Assembly: GCA_951406725.2 (NCBI GenBank)
Contig: OX597819.1
Coordinates: 126,542,001-126,606,000, forward strand
Length of the DNA stretch: 64,000 nucleotides
Source: Octopus vulgaris
Taxonomy: Eukaryota
Direction: 5' to 3'
Shown: one piece after another, positions 26,681-40,118 of the stretch
How the letters are laid out: every line of letters begins with the position of its first letter
How positions within the stretch are numbered: position 1 is the stretch's first letter
Position numbers and translations under genes: made by a program
Notes under the pieces: generated by a model
Databases searched by the model: none
Told to the model about the DNA's origin: nothing
Seen by the model: only the letters and a program-made list of their open reading frames with translations

Positions 26681-27221
26681 ATACATACATACTTACATAC
26701 CTGCATGCATACATACATACATACATACATACATACATACATACATACATACATACATAATACTCCACTCAAGTAGGAGTTATTTGCCGCGATGTATCAG
26801 GAAGTCGGTGGTTTATCTGGGTGGAACTTGTCCAAATACGTTTTGAATGTTTTGAGATATTTTTTATTCTTTGATTTCTTTTAAATAATGTTGAAGGAGG
26901 ACCGGTTGGGGCAAAATAGAAAAAATGTATCGTTATGTTGGTATGTGATCCAAATAATTATCAAATAAAAACCTCATCTGAAGTTATGAAAACCTAGTGG
27001 TTGTTTTTTCATTCTGTTTTGCCATCTAATCTCATGGGTAATCTCAGTTGATCAAAGATTTTCAACTCATTGTATTGCACTGTTAATCCCTACCATATTT
27101 GTATTTTTGGATGTAGAAGGCTCATTTTGAGACATTACTTTCAGCTGTCTTGTTGACATCCACTAAAGTCACACAAGATCAGGTGTTGATGTCGAACCAG
27201 ACAACGGATTGTGTCTACCAC

Positions 27222-27563
27222 AAATTCCGCCGAGGTCGACTTTGCCTTTCATCCTTCCGGGATGGTCGATTAAATAAGTACCAGTTACGCACTGGGGTCG
27301 ATATAAGCGACTTAATCCGTTTGTCTGTTCTTGTTTGTCCTCTCTGTGTTTGGCCCCTTGTGGGTAGTAAAGAAACAGGTATTTCGTCTGTCTTTATGTT
27401 CTGAGTTCAAATTCCGCTGAGGTCGACTTTGCCTTTCATCCTTTCGGGGTCGATTAAATAAGTACCATTTACGCACTGGGATCGATATAATCGACTTAAT
27501 CCGTTTGTCTGTTCATGTCTGTCCTCTCTGTGTTTGGCCCCTTGTGGGTAGCAAAGAAATAGG
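27222..27563 (+). mobile_element. Head-to-tail dimer of truncated SINE B units
   Basis: Junction AAAGAAACAGG|TATTTCGTCTG at ~27379. Confidence 0.9.
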
Positions 27564-28247
27564 TATGTGTCTACGACATTATAATGTGTACACTTCTTCT
27601 AACAGGCTTCCTTACAGCTTTCAAGTCAATTCAGTAAGAAGACTAAAGTCGATCCGAAGTACCATGCAGCGGAATCGAAACTGCTTAACCAATCTGCTGT
27701 CTCCACCAGTAGACCGTATTATAATACACGAACAGACCGAGTGACATTGCTGTGGGATAATAATTGCTTATTATTGTTTCTGATTATGGTTTTCCAATTA
27801 AGCAGCAACTGGAAAGACTTGCTAAGTCCATATCTGCGTGCATTTGCATGTTTCTGTATATAAATACACAAACGTATCTATAGTTATATACGTGTTTATG
27901 CGTGTGTCGGTATAAGCATTTCCTTGAGTAAGTATATGACAAAAAGAGAGAGGTCAAATGGTGACCGGAATTTACCTTGAGTTCAGTGATGCGTGACACA
28001 TAAAGACCCCAACAAACTCTTAACTTGCGTTCAACTTCCTACATTGAAAAGGTTAAACACATACGGTCCGCCACGCCCCCATCCCACCTTCATCGTCCAA
28101 ACACACACTGAAATACCTCGAATAGAACAATTATTTATATAGATACATATACATGTATGTACATATTCTGTTAGGGGCGTGTTTGCATGTATCTGTGTGT
28201 GCATACATACATACTTGCTCACACACACTCAAACACACACATACATG

Positions 28248-28294
<47 letters not shown>

Positions 28295-28386
28295 CACATA
28301 TATATATTCATACATTATATACATATATACATCTATATATATATATATATCTATATATATATAGATGTATATATGTATATAATGTA

Positions 28387-28451
<65 letters not shown>

Positions 28452-28584
28452 GTGCACATATATATTCATATATATATATATATGCATTTGAGTGTATATG
28501 TATATATATGTATGTACGTATGTTTGTATGTATGTATGTATATCTATATGTAGGCATGCATGTATATTTACTGGGGCGCATGTG

Positions 28585-28678
28585 ATATGACTTGCTGTGT
28601 GGTAAGTACCTTGCTTACCAACCACATGGTTCCGAGTTCAGTCCCACTGCGTGGCACCTTGGGCAAGTGTCTTCTACT
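28585..28678 (+). mobile_element. SINE family A 5' fragment
   Basis: GCTGTGTGGTAAGTACC...GAGTTCAGTCCCACTGCGTGGCACCTTGGGCAAGTGTCTTCTAC. Confidence 0.85.
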
Positions 28679-29322
28679 CCCCATCATTATGTTTTTTTAG
28701 TGGTTTTGTAGTGCCAGTCTAAGATGTGTCAGAGGCTATTTCTAGCCAAGGAAATCTTTGCCTCTTTCCCATTGTCAATCTGTGGTGGGATACGTACCCT
28801 TTTGTTGAAGGGTAAGTCTGCGGGATAGATCCTCGTCCTACCATACGATTTGTTGTTGGGGTTATAGAAGGCAAAGTGTAGGGTACTACTGGTGTCACTA
28901 TCGTCGTGGTTGTTGTTGTTATAGTTACTGGCATTATTATTGCTAGTGTTGTCATTGTTGTGGGTGGTGTTGATTTGGTAATGGTGTGTGAATGATGTGG
29001 TCGGTATTCTTGTCTGTGTGTGTGTGTGTGGGGGGGGAGTTATTGTTGTTATTGTTGCTGTTGTTATTATTGTTTGAGTAAGAAATGTTGTGGCTATCGT
29101 TGTTGTTATTGTTATTGTCCATATATAGTTGTTGTTATTGTTATTGTCCATATATATGTATACACACGCACACACACATATGCATATCTACATGTGTATG
29201 TGCGTATGTAAGCATGTATGTATGTATGTATGTATATACAGATAGACAATGGCGCTAAGATACACTAATCTAGAAAATTATCTACATATTCTGTACAACC
29301 ACCCACATTACATGTATATAAT

Positions 29323-29373
<51 letters not shown>

Positions 29374-29451
29374 TTATGCACTTACACGTATTAGTCTTTT
29401 CTGGTATTTGTCCTTTGTACGTTTCTCGGTGTTTATACATACGTACATGCA

Positions 29452-29522
<71 letters not shown>

Positions 29523-29652
29523 GTATGTATGTATATATATTTTTCCGAATACATATAACGTGGGTGGCAGTGCAAAATGTATATTACCACTCACCAACAA
29601 GTAGATGAGTGTATATTTGTGCCTGGCGCTATGTATATATATACATACATGC

Positions 29653-29701
<49 letters not shown>

Positions 29702-29814
29702 TAAGTGTACATACATGGACATTCATATACGCATACTTCTATATACCGCTGTCTGCATGTAAATCTTTGTTCATGGTGTGTATGTGAAAAAATTGTTTTG
29801 ATCAGCATCAGACA

Positions 29815-30001
29815 AGCCAGCAGTTAAAAGGCGGGGTTGCCGCCATGTTTTCGTTCGATAACAGCTCCCTCTTTTGGCCTGGCGTGATACTATTCACACT
29901 TGTTACTAAACAAAAGATCTGCTAGTGCGGGGCGCCAGTAATTTCTCACAAGTCAATTCATCGATATAGCCAATCAGTCACCGATCGACTGAAACATGGC
30001 G
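29815..30001. promoter_or_regulatory. Candidate promoter/enhancer motif cluster
   Basis: CpG-rich block with a GC box (GGCGGG 29830), two oppositely oriented YY1-like motifs (GCCGCCATGTTT 29839; AAACATGGCG 29992), DRE-like CATCGATA (29959) and a CCAAT box (AGCCAATCAG 29968). Confidence 0.3.
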
Positions 30002-30007
30002 ATATAC

Positions 30008-30038
<31 letters not shown>

Positions 30039-30068
30039 CATACATACATACATACATACATACATACA

Positions 30069-30158
<90 letters not shown>

Positions 30159-30225
30159 TATATAAGCATGTATGTATGTGTGTATATATATATCTATATT
30201 GGCATATACATGTGCATGCATACAC

Positions 30226-30259
<34 letters not shown>

Positions 30260-31837
30260 ATGCACATATACTTCAGTCAATGTATATGTGTATGTATGTG
30301 AGATGTTATGTATGTATGTGGGGTGTGTTCAGGCATGGGTTTGCGTGTGGTAGTTGGGTGGTAGTTGATGGTAGGAAGTATGCCCATTTGGAACGAATCA
30401 CTGATTCGTTATCGATTTTGCTATGGATTTTCTACACGTTCTTTTGTAACGATCTTCTGGGTATGGACCCAGGCGTTAATCTATTGCTACGAAGATAGCT
30501 TTGCAACCGGAAGGATCCGAGTTCAGTCCCACTGCATGTCACCTTCCGCTAGAGTTGCCTATTATATCGTCGAGTTTAACAGTACTTTGTAAATGCAATT
30601 TGATTGAATGTCTGCCACGCTCATAGCATGTCTGTGCGTGTGTTTGTGATTGTTTGTGTGCTTTTGTGTCAGTGTTCGTGCCACCCGTGCCGCTTGATAG
30701 CCTTCGTGTATGTCTCCAGAACTAGGTGGTTCGGGAAAATAGGCCGACAAAGTAAGTACCAGACTTAAAAAAAGTACTTTTGTCTGTTCGACTAAAATCC
30801 TTCAACACGCTACCCCAGCGTGGCTGCAGTCCAATGATTGAACAAGAAGCAAAAGATAAAGATAAGAAATATGCATGCATGCACGTTGGTTGGTGTATAT
30901 CTTTCTTCAAGAACCTGTTGGAAATCTATAACCAACGACTGTGTCATAAATAAGTACAAATATATGAAGAGTGCTTTATACGACCCTTCAATTTGAAATA
31001 ACTGATTGTGTTCTTTCTCTCTTATTTTCTGCCCTTCTAATCTTTTTCTCCCTCCTCTTTGTCGTCATTGTTGTCAAACCACGGATCAGGCCTAATCAAA
31101 GAGACCCATGTTCAATGACCATTATGTCTTTTACATCTCCAAGATAGAGCACATCTATGATGAAGTATTTCTTTAAGCGTTTTCATATATTTTAAGATGA
31201 TAAAAGGGCATTTGGTTGCTATTTCTAGAAGGTTGTTGGTGTTGTTTAGAGTTATTTATTCTGTCTCTGTAGTTTGGCTAATGCCTTGAGTCTGGTAACA
31301 AAGAACTGTAAGATAGGCATACGGCCACAAATTGAGCTTTAAATCTCAATTGTTTAAATTAAGCCAGTACATTTCATCTGGAGGGCGGAAAAGCAAAGAC
31401 GATGACCTCGCCTAGGTTTGAACTCCAATTGGAAAGAGATGTCAATGAATAATGCGAGGTGTTTCTTCACTCTTCTATTAATTTTATAAATTCTCTGTCC
31501 CTACTCTGCGTAAAGGTAATCCAGTTATAAGCTCTTTCATTCGCAGAACCATCTTTGAGAGGGCGATTTCTCTATTTTTCTTACTTGTTGAGCCTGGAGG
31601 AAGGGCAGTGCCCATTATCTTTGCAGACCTGTAAGCCTGGGGTTGTTAATGTTCCGTTTATTCTGTCACAAGTCAACACTTACAGGAAGGACAAGCGCAA
31701 TGAAAGGGCCAGTATTTTGGAAAAGAAGAACTGAGGATAGTGGGGAGAAGATTTAAGGGTGACAAGAGGTAAGACGAGTGGTGGAAATAGAAAGCCAACT
31801 ATCTTCGATGATCGAAGATCATTATGGTAGCGGTAGA

Positions 31838-31896
<59 letters not shown>

Positions 31897-32002
31897 AGCA
31901 CACCTGAGCGTCAGTGATCGAATGCCAATCAATCGAGTAATCCTTCTTTGGATGCAACCTAGGATATTTATTGAACCATTTTCCCCCAAACGAAAACATG
32001 TG

Positions 32003-32353
32003 CAGGAGTGGCTGTGTGGTAAGTAGCTTGCTAACCAACCTCATGGTTCCCGGTTCAGTCCCACTGCGTGGCATCTTGGGCAAGAGTCTTCTACTAAGAA
32101 GCCCGTCGTATATATGTATATATATATATGTGTGTGTGTGTTTGTGCGTCTGTGTTTGTCCCCCTAGCATTGCTTGACAACCGATGCTGGTGTGCTTACG
32201 TCCCCGTCACTTAGCGGTTCGGCAAAAAGAGACCGATAAAATAAGTACTGGGCTTACAAAGAATAAGTCCCGGGGTCGAGTTGCTCGACTAAAAGGCGGT
32301 GCTCCAGCATGGCCGCAGTCAGCTGACTGAAACAAGTAAAAAGAGTAAAAGAG
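32003..32353 (+). mobile_element. SINE family A copy with an internal deletion
   Basis: Head and tail match other family A copies. Confidence 0.9.
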
Positions 32354-32601
32354 TATGTATATAAATTCAGACGCACAGAGTCGAACGTTCGATCTCAAGC
32401 GACGTTGTCAGTCGGCTTCAACCAGCGAAGCAATGGACGGAAGCGCAATAATAAAAATGTATTAATTCAGACAATTCTCTACACACAAATAACGAATACA
32501 GTTCCTGCATAAAAACAATAATTGCATTTGCATATAAAACTATGACACAATTTGAGAAATTGCTAGAATGAAAGTAATAACCGGCTACCTAAACAGACGG
32601 C

Positions 32602-32673
<72 letters not shown>

Positions 32674-33347
32674 GAGAGAAGGAGATGGGTAGGGAGAGGT
32701 AATGGGGAAGGTGAGTGAAAAACCTTTCAGGGTTTGATATCAATGAGTGTCAGGTGCGTGCTGTTTAGTTTTAGGAATACTAAACTATCATCAGCTAAAG
32801 TGTCCTGTTATGGTCTAAGTCATCGGAAAGTACGTTTTGCAAAACTTGATGGTAATGGATCGAAAAGTGGAGAAACTATAGCAAAACAAGAGGGAGAGAG
32901 AGAGAGAGGGGGGAGCAAGGAGGGACAGAGGGGCAGATAGAGAGAGAGAGAGAGAGAGAAGTAACACAATCAAAACAAAGCTAAGCTATAAATAAAAAAG
33001 GAAAGGAGTAAGGAGGAAACGAGAACGAGGAGTAAGAATTGGACGTGTATGGAAAAATGAGTTTGCGGTTTGGTAGTGAAAAGGTTTTGAAGAATCTCTT
33101 GCATTCCTTTTACTAAACAAACGAATGAGCGAAAGGACGAGAGCGCGAACGGACGAAAGTCTCGGTCCAATACCAGAAAGGTTTCATAATTACCAGTCGG
33201 CTAACCGGATATATAAAGTCAGTATTGTTTTAGTGCTTGTGATGTAGAAAGAGGCGGCGGCGGTGGTGGTGGTGGTGATGGTGGTGGTGGTAGGGGGCGT
33301 ATTAAGGAGGTGTAGGCGGAGAAAGAGGCAAGCAAATATAATCGACT

Positions 33348-33378
<31 letters not shown>

Positions 33379-34348
33379 TTGCTACCATCAACACCACTAA
33401 CGCCACTAGCATCACTAACACCACCATCACCGGCTGCACCAACACCATCTCTACTAGCGCTACCACCACCACCACCACCACCACCATTACTATCATTACC
33501 CATTCCGATGACATTCCACAGCCAATGGTCATGCTTACTGTCCCGCATTAGAGAGTCGGTCGTGCATGAATGACCAAATGGCTATCGGCTCTTGCTTTCT
33601 TCCATTATTTGTCTTTCTTCTTCTTCTTCTTCTTCTTCTTCTTCTTCTTCTTCTTCTTCTTCTTCTTCTTCTTCTTCTTCGTTTTCCATTTCCTTTTTAT
33701 TTCCATCATCTCCCACCACTTCCTGTGGTTTCTTCTGTTTCATAATAATTTTCTGTCTTCTCTCATTGTTTACCATTTCTCAATTGCTCTCTCTCTCACT
33801 TTCTCTCTCTCATTCTCTTTCTCATTCTCTCTCTCTTTCTCTCTCTCCTTGCCTCTCCATGTCTACCTATCTATCATTATTCCTCCTTCCTTTCTCTCTC
33901 CTCCCACCACCTCTCCCGTTATCTTTTCTCTGACCAACAAGACACAACACTTCATTCACATCATAATAGGATCTTCATTAATGGTGGCCAGTTAGCGGGT
34001 GATAAAAGCTCACGCTGTTGCCAACGGTGCAGAACGGCATGGCACTTGGCTCAAACGTGGCTCGCTCGTGCTTCTCCTAAGCCACCTAGATGTGTGAACT
34101 GAATTCCAAAGCGCCAAGATCTGAGAAACCTTCTAGAAACCCTCTTCCTCACCCCCCCCACCTCTTTAAATTTCTTACTCTCCCATTGTTTTTGCTCTCC
34201 TTCAGTCTATCTCCTTCTCTCTCTCTCTCCTTCAATCTCCTTACGCCATTTATACTCTCCTCTTCTGTCATTTATTTTACTTTTCTGTCGATTTCTACAT
34301 CAACTATTATTAATACTGCAATATATCCCCTTTGAATTTTCTTTCTTC

Positions 34349-34397
<49 letters not shown>

Positions 34398-34410
34398 TTC
34401 CTTTCTTTCT

Positions 34411-34442
<32 letters not shown>

Positions 34443-34922
34443 TCTCAGTCTCTATCTCTTCCTTCCTTGTTAGCCTCTCTCTCTCTCTTCCTCAAACATG
34501 GAATTCTGTTGCTCTCTCTCTCTCTCTTCGCACTCTCTTTCTTTCGCTGTAATTTATTCTCAGTAAAATCTTTCCTCCATCATCATTGTTTTACTCTCTC
34601 TCTTCCTTTTCTCTCTTTAATCATTCTTTCTCACCGAATTCCCACATTATTCATCTCTACCGTCCTATCTCTCTCTCTCTCTCTCTCTCCCGCTCATATT
34701 CATTTGCCTATCGTAACAGAGGCGACGAGTTCTTTAAATGGACGAATGACTGACTACAACGAGAGAGAAAGAAAAGAAGACTGAGTGAAAGAAAGAGAGA
34801 CACAGATAGAGAGAGAGAGTGAGAGAGTGAGAGAGAAAGAAGCTAGTCAGTCTTAATGCATGGCACCAAAAACAGAAAAGTTGCTTGCATTAATAATATA
34901 ATCATTCTCTTCTTATATATGC

Positions 34923-34982
<60 letters not shown>

Positions 34983-35037
34983 ATGTGTGTATATGTGTAT
35001 ACATATGTATGCATGTGTATATATGTGTGTGTGAATG

Positions 35038-35204
<167 letters not shown>

Positions 35205-36232
35205 AACAACTGTTGTAGTCAAACGTAAAGACTTTCTGACCAAGTCGTATACGTGACCCTAAGACAAAAATCACAAAGAGCCTGCACATTTAGATTGCTT
35301 TTATAAAACTGACCTTTGCAACCTACGCATTTAGCAAGAGACAAACAAAAACAAAAACAAAAATAAGAGAGAGAGAAAGAGATAAAGAAAAAGAAACGAT
35401 TAGTTTTATAAGGATTCCATAAAAGAAATTGGAAGTCATAAATACTAATGGAATATAACTGTATTTTACAAACAAGTTATAGCAATATATTTCTGATGGC
35501 TCTGATGTTCCGATTTTACCATAATCATATTATACCATTTCACATCCTGTGGTATTCTTTTCCTTTGCCTTCTTTTTGTTTCTTGTTGTTGCGGCTTTGT
35601 TTCATTTATTTATTATCTCTTATTTATTTATTTATTATTTTTTTTTTTGTTTAAATCATGGGTAGGTCTTTTAGTTAGTATTGGTTCATAAGTCAGAGAA
35701 CTCAAGGTTCATAAAAATGGAAAGAGGTAGGAAAGCATCGTAGTGATTTCTCTCACGTTTCTTCTTTCTAAGAGATGCTGATGGCATCTTCGGTTGTTTC
35801 TGCTATGATGATTTCATCGGATATAGAAATATTCAGAACAATATAAGATTAATATCGATTTCCTTCGTCTTCTTATTCATTTGACGAGCCTCAAAGGCGC
35901 TATGTTTTTAGGAGAAAAGATTATTAACCTTTACTAAGAGTTATTTAGTGGGGGCAAGTAAAGTGAAACGGGATCGAAACCACGTCACGTTCTCAGCTTG
36001 ACGGCAGCTGATGGAACCATGACACTTATCGGTGATGATGTTGGTTTCTTTCTGTGAAATATATAGCGAATGTCCAGTTGTTGATTGGATCGAGACCCGT
36101 ATATGACTCATAATAATTTTATCGTCTCAGTAAGGAAGGACTGAAAGTTTTAAAAGTTAGCCATTCCGAAATTTTAACTTTGAACGGATATAGAAAAATA
36201 ATATTTTTAAAATGCTGTAAGGTATTTAGACT

Positions 36233-36463
36233 GGCGGCGAGCTGGCAGAAACGTTAGCACGTCGGGCGAAATGCGTAGCCGTATTTCGTCTGCCGTTACG
36301 TTCTGAGTTCAAATTCCGCCAAGGTCGACTTTGCCTTTCATCCTTTCGGGGTCGATAAATTAAGTACCAGTTACGTACTGGGGTCGATGTGATCAACTTA
36401 ATACCTATGCTTGTCCTTGTTTGTTCCCTCTATGTTTAACCCCTTGTGGGTAATAAAGAAATT
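36233..36463 (+). mobile_element. SINE family B with a 14-bp TSD
   Basis: GGTATTTAGACTGG at 36221-36234 and 36464-36477. Confidence 0.92.
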
Positions 36464-36650
36464 GGTATTTAGACTGGTGCTTTACCATTTCTGTTTCTTC
36501 ATCGCCATCCCCATTCCATTTCTGCAACGAGCAAACGAAGTAGCCTCTACGTGTTCGACTTGACATAATGTTGTAACCTCCCTCATATCACGCCCTACCG
36601 TCTCAGAAAGGCTCAAGTTAAAGTTTGATCTGATTCCACTTGCCCGTTAG

Positions 36651-36797
36651 GCCGGTACTTATTCAGGTTACAGCGGCTTTTAAACAAAAATGACAAAGAG
36701 ATCCAGTTTTTGCAAAGTAAACATATCTCTGAAATGCAGCAACTTGCTGAAAGACACTGCACTGCCCGGCCCGTGAACTCAAAACCCCAACCTCTAG
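36651..36797 (+). CDS. Candidate internal coding exon (147 bp, phase 1-1) of an unidentified gene
   Basis: ccacttgcccgttAG|...|GTAATT; open frame xRYLFRLQRLLNKNDKEIQFLQSKHISEMQQLAERHCTARPVNSKPQPL, non-repetitive with coiled-coil-like composition. Confidence 0.4.
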
Positions 36798-37759
36798 GTA
36801 ATTCAATGTTGTGAAGCACGTAGCCTTATTATTAGAAAAAAAAAGGTTTGGTTGAATAATGTGGTACTAGGTTTCTTGCACATAAGACAGAATGGGATGG
36901 TCATGGATGGAATACGTTTGATTAATGGTTTGCTCGATCAGAGCTCCCTTAATTTTAGTAACAACAACGAATAATTTCTTCGTACAGCTTTCACTATACA
37001 AATCTATCAAATTTGAACTCAGAACGCAAAGGAACATGACTAAATAGCGTACATTCATGAGTTTGTGTATGTATGGATGTCCTGGAGTAATAGGAATCTG
37101 TGATTTCCAATTGTTGTCTCTGTGACAAAGGGTAAGTCGTCAGATCGTCAGTACCCTCTTTGCCCTACGGTATACCAACTTACATCAACTCATAGCTGTC
37201 CTTACATTCGTATGTCTTTGTTAAGACTCGATTGTTTTAGATGTTAAATACTGCAACACATTTTTACTAAAACTCCTACAACTGCTCTGAGCCATAAGAA
37301 AATCTTTGCAGCCGGAGATATTTTAGTGGCCATGCATATTCTGTACACTACTTAAATTACCGCAAAACTTCATGAATAATAAGCATTTTTATGCCAAAAT
37401 CAAGATTAAAATTAGGAGTGTCTATATGTATGTATATACGCGATGTTAAGCTGGAAAGTTTTCCCTCACCCATTTTTTATTAAAAAACAAATAATTTAAT
37501 AAACTTTACTTATTTTTTAGATTTTTCCTAAAAATCATGTATCAATAGAATTCATATAAAATGAAATATTAAAAACTAATGTATTAGAGAATAGTAGATA
37601 ATCTACACAGGCAGCAGTTATGCAACACTGAATGTTAAATAAAATCTTTGAAGGTTTTAAGACAATTAGATCCCAAAATTGTCTTTAAAACCATCAATGC
37701 AGCATATAACACGGTGTTGCCTAATCTGCTATATTTTGACACAAAGTCAGTAATTTCAG

Positions 37760-37921
37760 CAAAGTGGGTAAGTCGGCCCCCGTGTTCATGTGGTACTTAT
37801 TTCATCGACCCCGAAAGGATGAAAGGCAAAGTCGACCTCGGCGGAATTTGAACTCAGAACATAAAAACAGAGAAAATGCTTCTGAGCATATGGCTCGGCG
37901 TGCCAACGATTCTGTCAGCTC

Positions 37922-37961
<40 letters not shown>

Positions 37962-38640
37962 TTTTCTACTCTAGGTACAAGGCCCGAAATTTTGGGGGAA
38001 GGGACCAGTCATTTAGAGGGTCCCCAGTACACAACTGGTACTTAATTTATTGACCCCGAAAGGATGAAAAGCAAAGTCGACCTCGGCGGAATTTGAGCTT
38101 AGAACATAAAGACAAACAAAATGCCGCTAAGCATTTTGCTCGGCGTGCTCCCGATTCTGCCAGCTTAATAATGACAATGATAATGATGATGATGATAATA
38201 ATAATAATAACAATAATAATTGTTTCTAATTTTGGCACAAAGCCAGCATTCTTAGAAGTAGGCGTTTAGTCGATTACATCGACCCCAGTTCTGAGGCTGA
38301 TACTTAATTCTATCGAACTAGAAAGAATAAAAAGTAGAGTTGCCTTCAATGGGATTTGAAATGAAAACATAAAATGTAGTTAAGCATTTTGTCCGACGCG
38401 CTAACGATTCCACCAGCTCACCAACTTAATAATCTTTTCTACTACAGGCACAAGGCTTGAAATTTTGGGGAAAGTGACTAAGTCGATTAGATTGACCCCC
38501 CCCCCCACTAATTAGTACTTATTTTATCGACCCTAAAAGGATGACAAGCAAAGTTTGATCTCGGCGGAATTTCAAAGACTCGAAAGAAATGCCGGTAAGA
38601 ATTTTGTCCGACGCGCTAACGATTCTGCGAGCTCGTCGCC
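37760..38640 (-). mobile_element. Array of four same-orientation SINE B variant copies separated by (AAT)n-type spacers
   Basis: GACCCCGAAAGGATGAAAGGCAAAGTCGACCTCGGCGGAATTTG-type cores at ~37805, ~38050, ~38315 (degenerate) and ~38530. Confidence 0.85.
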
Positions 38641-38832
38641 TTAATAATGATGTCATTGATGATGGTGATGGTGATGCTGGTGATGATGATGATGATGATG
38701 ATGATGATGCTGATGATGATGATGATGATGATGCTGATGCTGCTGATGCTGATGATGATGATGATAACGATGACGATGAGAATGATATATACTTCCTGTA
38801 TTTCATAGAATGAGCTTTGCTTTAGCCTATTG

Positions 38833-38901
<69 letters not shown>

Positions 38902-38965
38902 TATCGTTATTATTATTTTTATTATTATTATCAACAACAACAACAATAATAATATTATTATCATA

Positions 38966-39029
<64 letters not shown>

Positions 39030-39759
39030 TCTCATCCTCCAGTACAATATTATTTCTCGTATTGTATGTACGAGTATATGACATTTGGTATCAATACATC
39101 ATGATATATGTAATATTAGTGTAATATCTCACGATGATATCTAATAAACCACGCAAGATGTCTTTCAAGAAAGCTTAATAACGAAGACTTTAATTTTCTC
39201 TTTCACAACCATAATTCATAAGCGGAAACTAGTTGGAGGAACTTTCTAGATTCCCATTAATATTGATGCAAGAGATTCTAGAAAAAAAAAAAAAAAAAAA
39301 GTGCGACATATCCAGATATCAGACAGTTGTACAGGTTATAGTGGTGGTCATGGTTGCGGAAGGGTTTTAAGGACAAAAAATAGAACGGGGGGAAAAAAAT
39401 CAACGTGAATATAAGAAAAACACGGAACCACATCTGCATGTCTATATTTCAGTTACAAGTCTAATCTTTGCCACAAACTCTAGAGATGAGTTGGTCATGC
39501 GATCTAGTTTCGATTCTGAATTATCTCATTTCGCTTGAATATCATTAGAACTGTATCTTGTTAATGTAAGAAACCAATGGTTTCTTCTTTTTATGTAAGA
39601 AGTATAATCGGCTGCAGCGATTCTTAAAATATGATTGTTACATATTTCATCGTCGTTCAGAAAGATGTAAGTCAAATTTTATCTTAGCAGGAAAAGTTTA
39701 TATTCTACAGTATATATATTTCTTGAGTGTCTTGTTGTTGATGTTGTTCGTTTATTTGT

Positions 39760-40118
39760 TGGTTTGTTGATCGAAGCGGTCTTCGTGGGAGAAGTCCGAA
39801 ACGTGGTCCTTTGCTATTCGTAAGACCCGCAGAAGAGAAAGCAGGTCAACCTCGACACCGAGAGCATCGATGGATGGATGAATGCGCATCCATGCTCAGC
39901 GGTCGCGTAGGAAGTCGGGGACAAGAAACAGGAAGAAAGAGTGAGAGAAAGTTGGAGCGAAAGAGTACAACAGGAGTCACCCCCCCTCCCTGCCGGAGCC
40001 TCGTAGAGCTGTAGGTGTTTTCGCTCAATAAACACACACAACGGCCGGTCTGGGAATCGAAACCGCGACCCTCCGACCGCGAGTCCGCTGCCCTAACCAT
40101 TGGACCATTGCGCCTCCA
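39760..40118 (-). mobile_element. tRNA-headed SINE family C, full length
   Basis: Minus strand GGAGGCGCAATGGTCCAATGGTTAGGGCAGCGGACTCGCGGTCGGAGGGTCGCGGTTTCGATTCC (boxes A and B), a body shared with 5165-5350, and a CAA-rich tail. Confidence 0.88.

Noticed and set aside
33219-33573. Gly/Asp/Pro-rich ORFs and TATATAAAG next to TCAGT
   Set aside because: Trinucleotide low complexity on both strands; the TATA-to-Inr spacing is far too short for a core promoter.
37760-38640. Repeat-spacer pattern resembling a CRISPR array
   Set aside because: The units are ~200-bp diverged SINEs with microsatellite spacers in eukaryotic DNA, and no cas genes are present.
40045-40118. tRNA-like sequences here and at 24508 and 52887
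   Set aside because: They are SINE heads: no closing acceptor stem, and they continue into SINE bodies.
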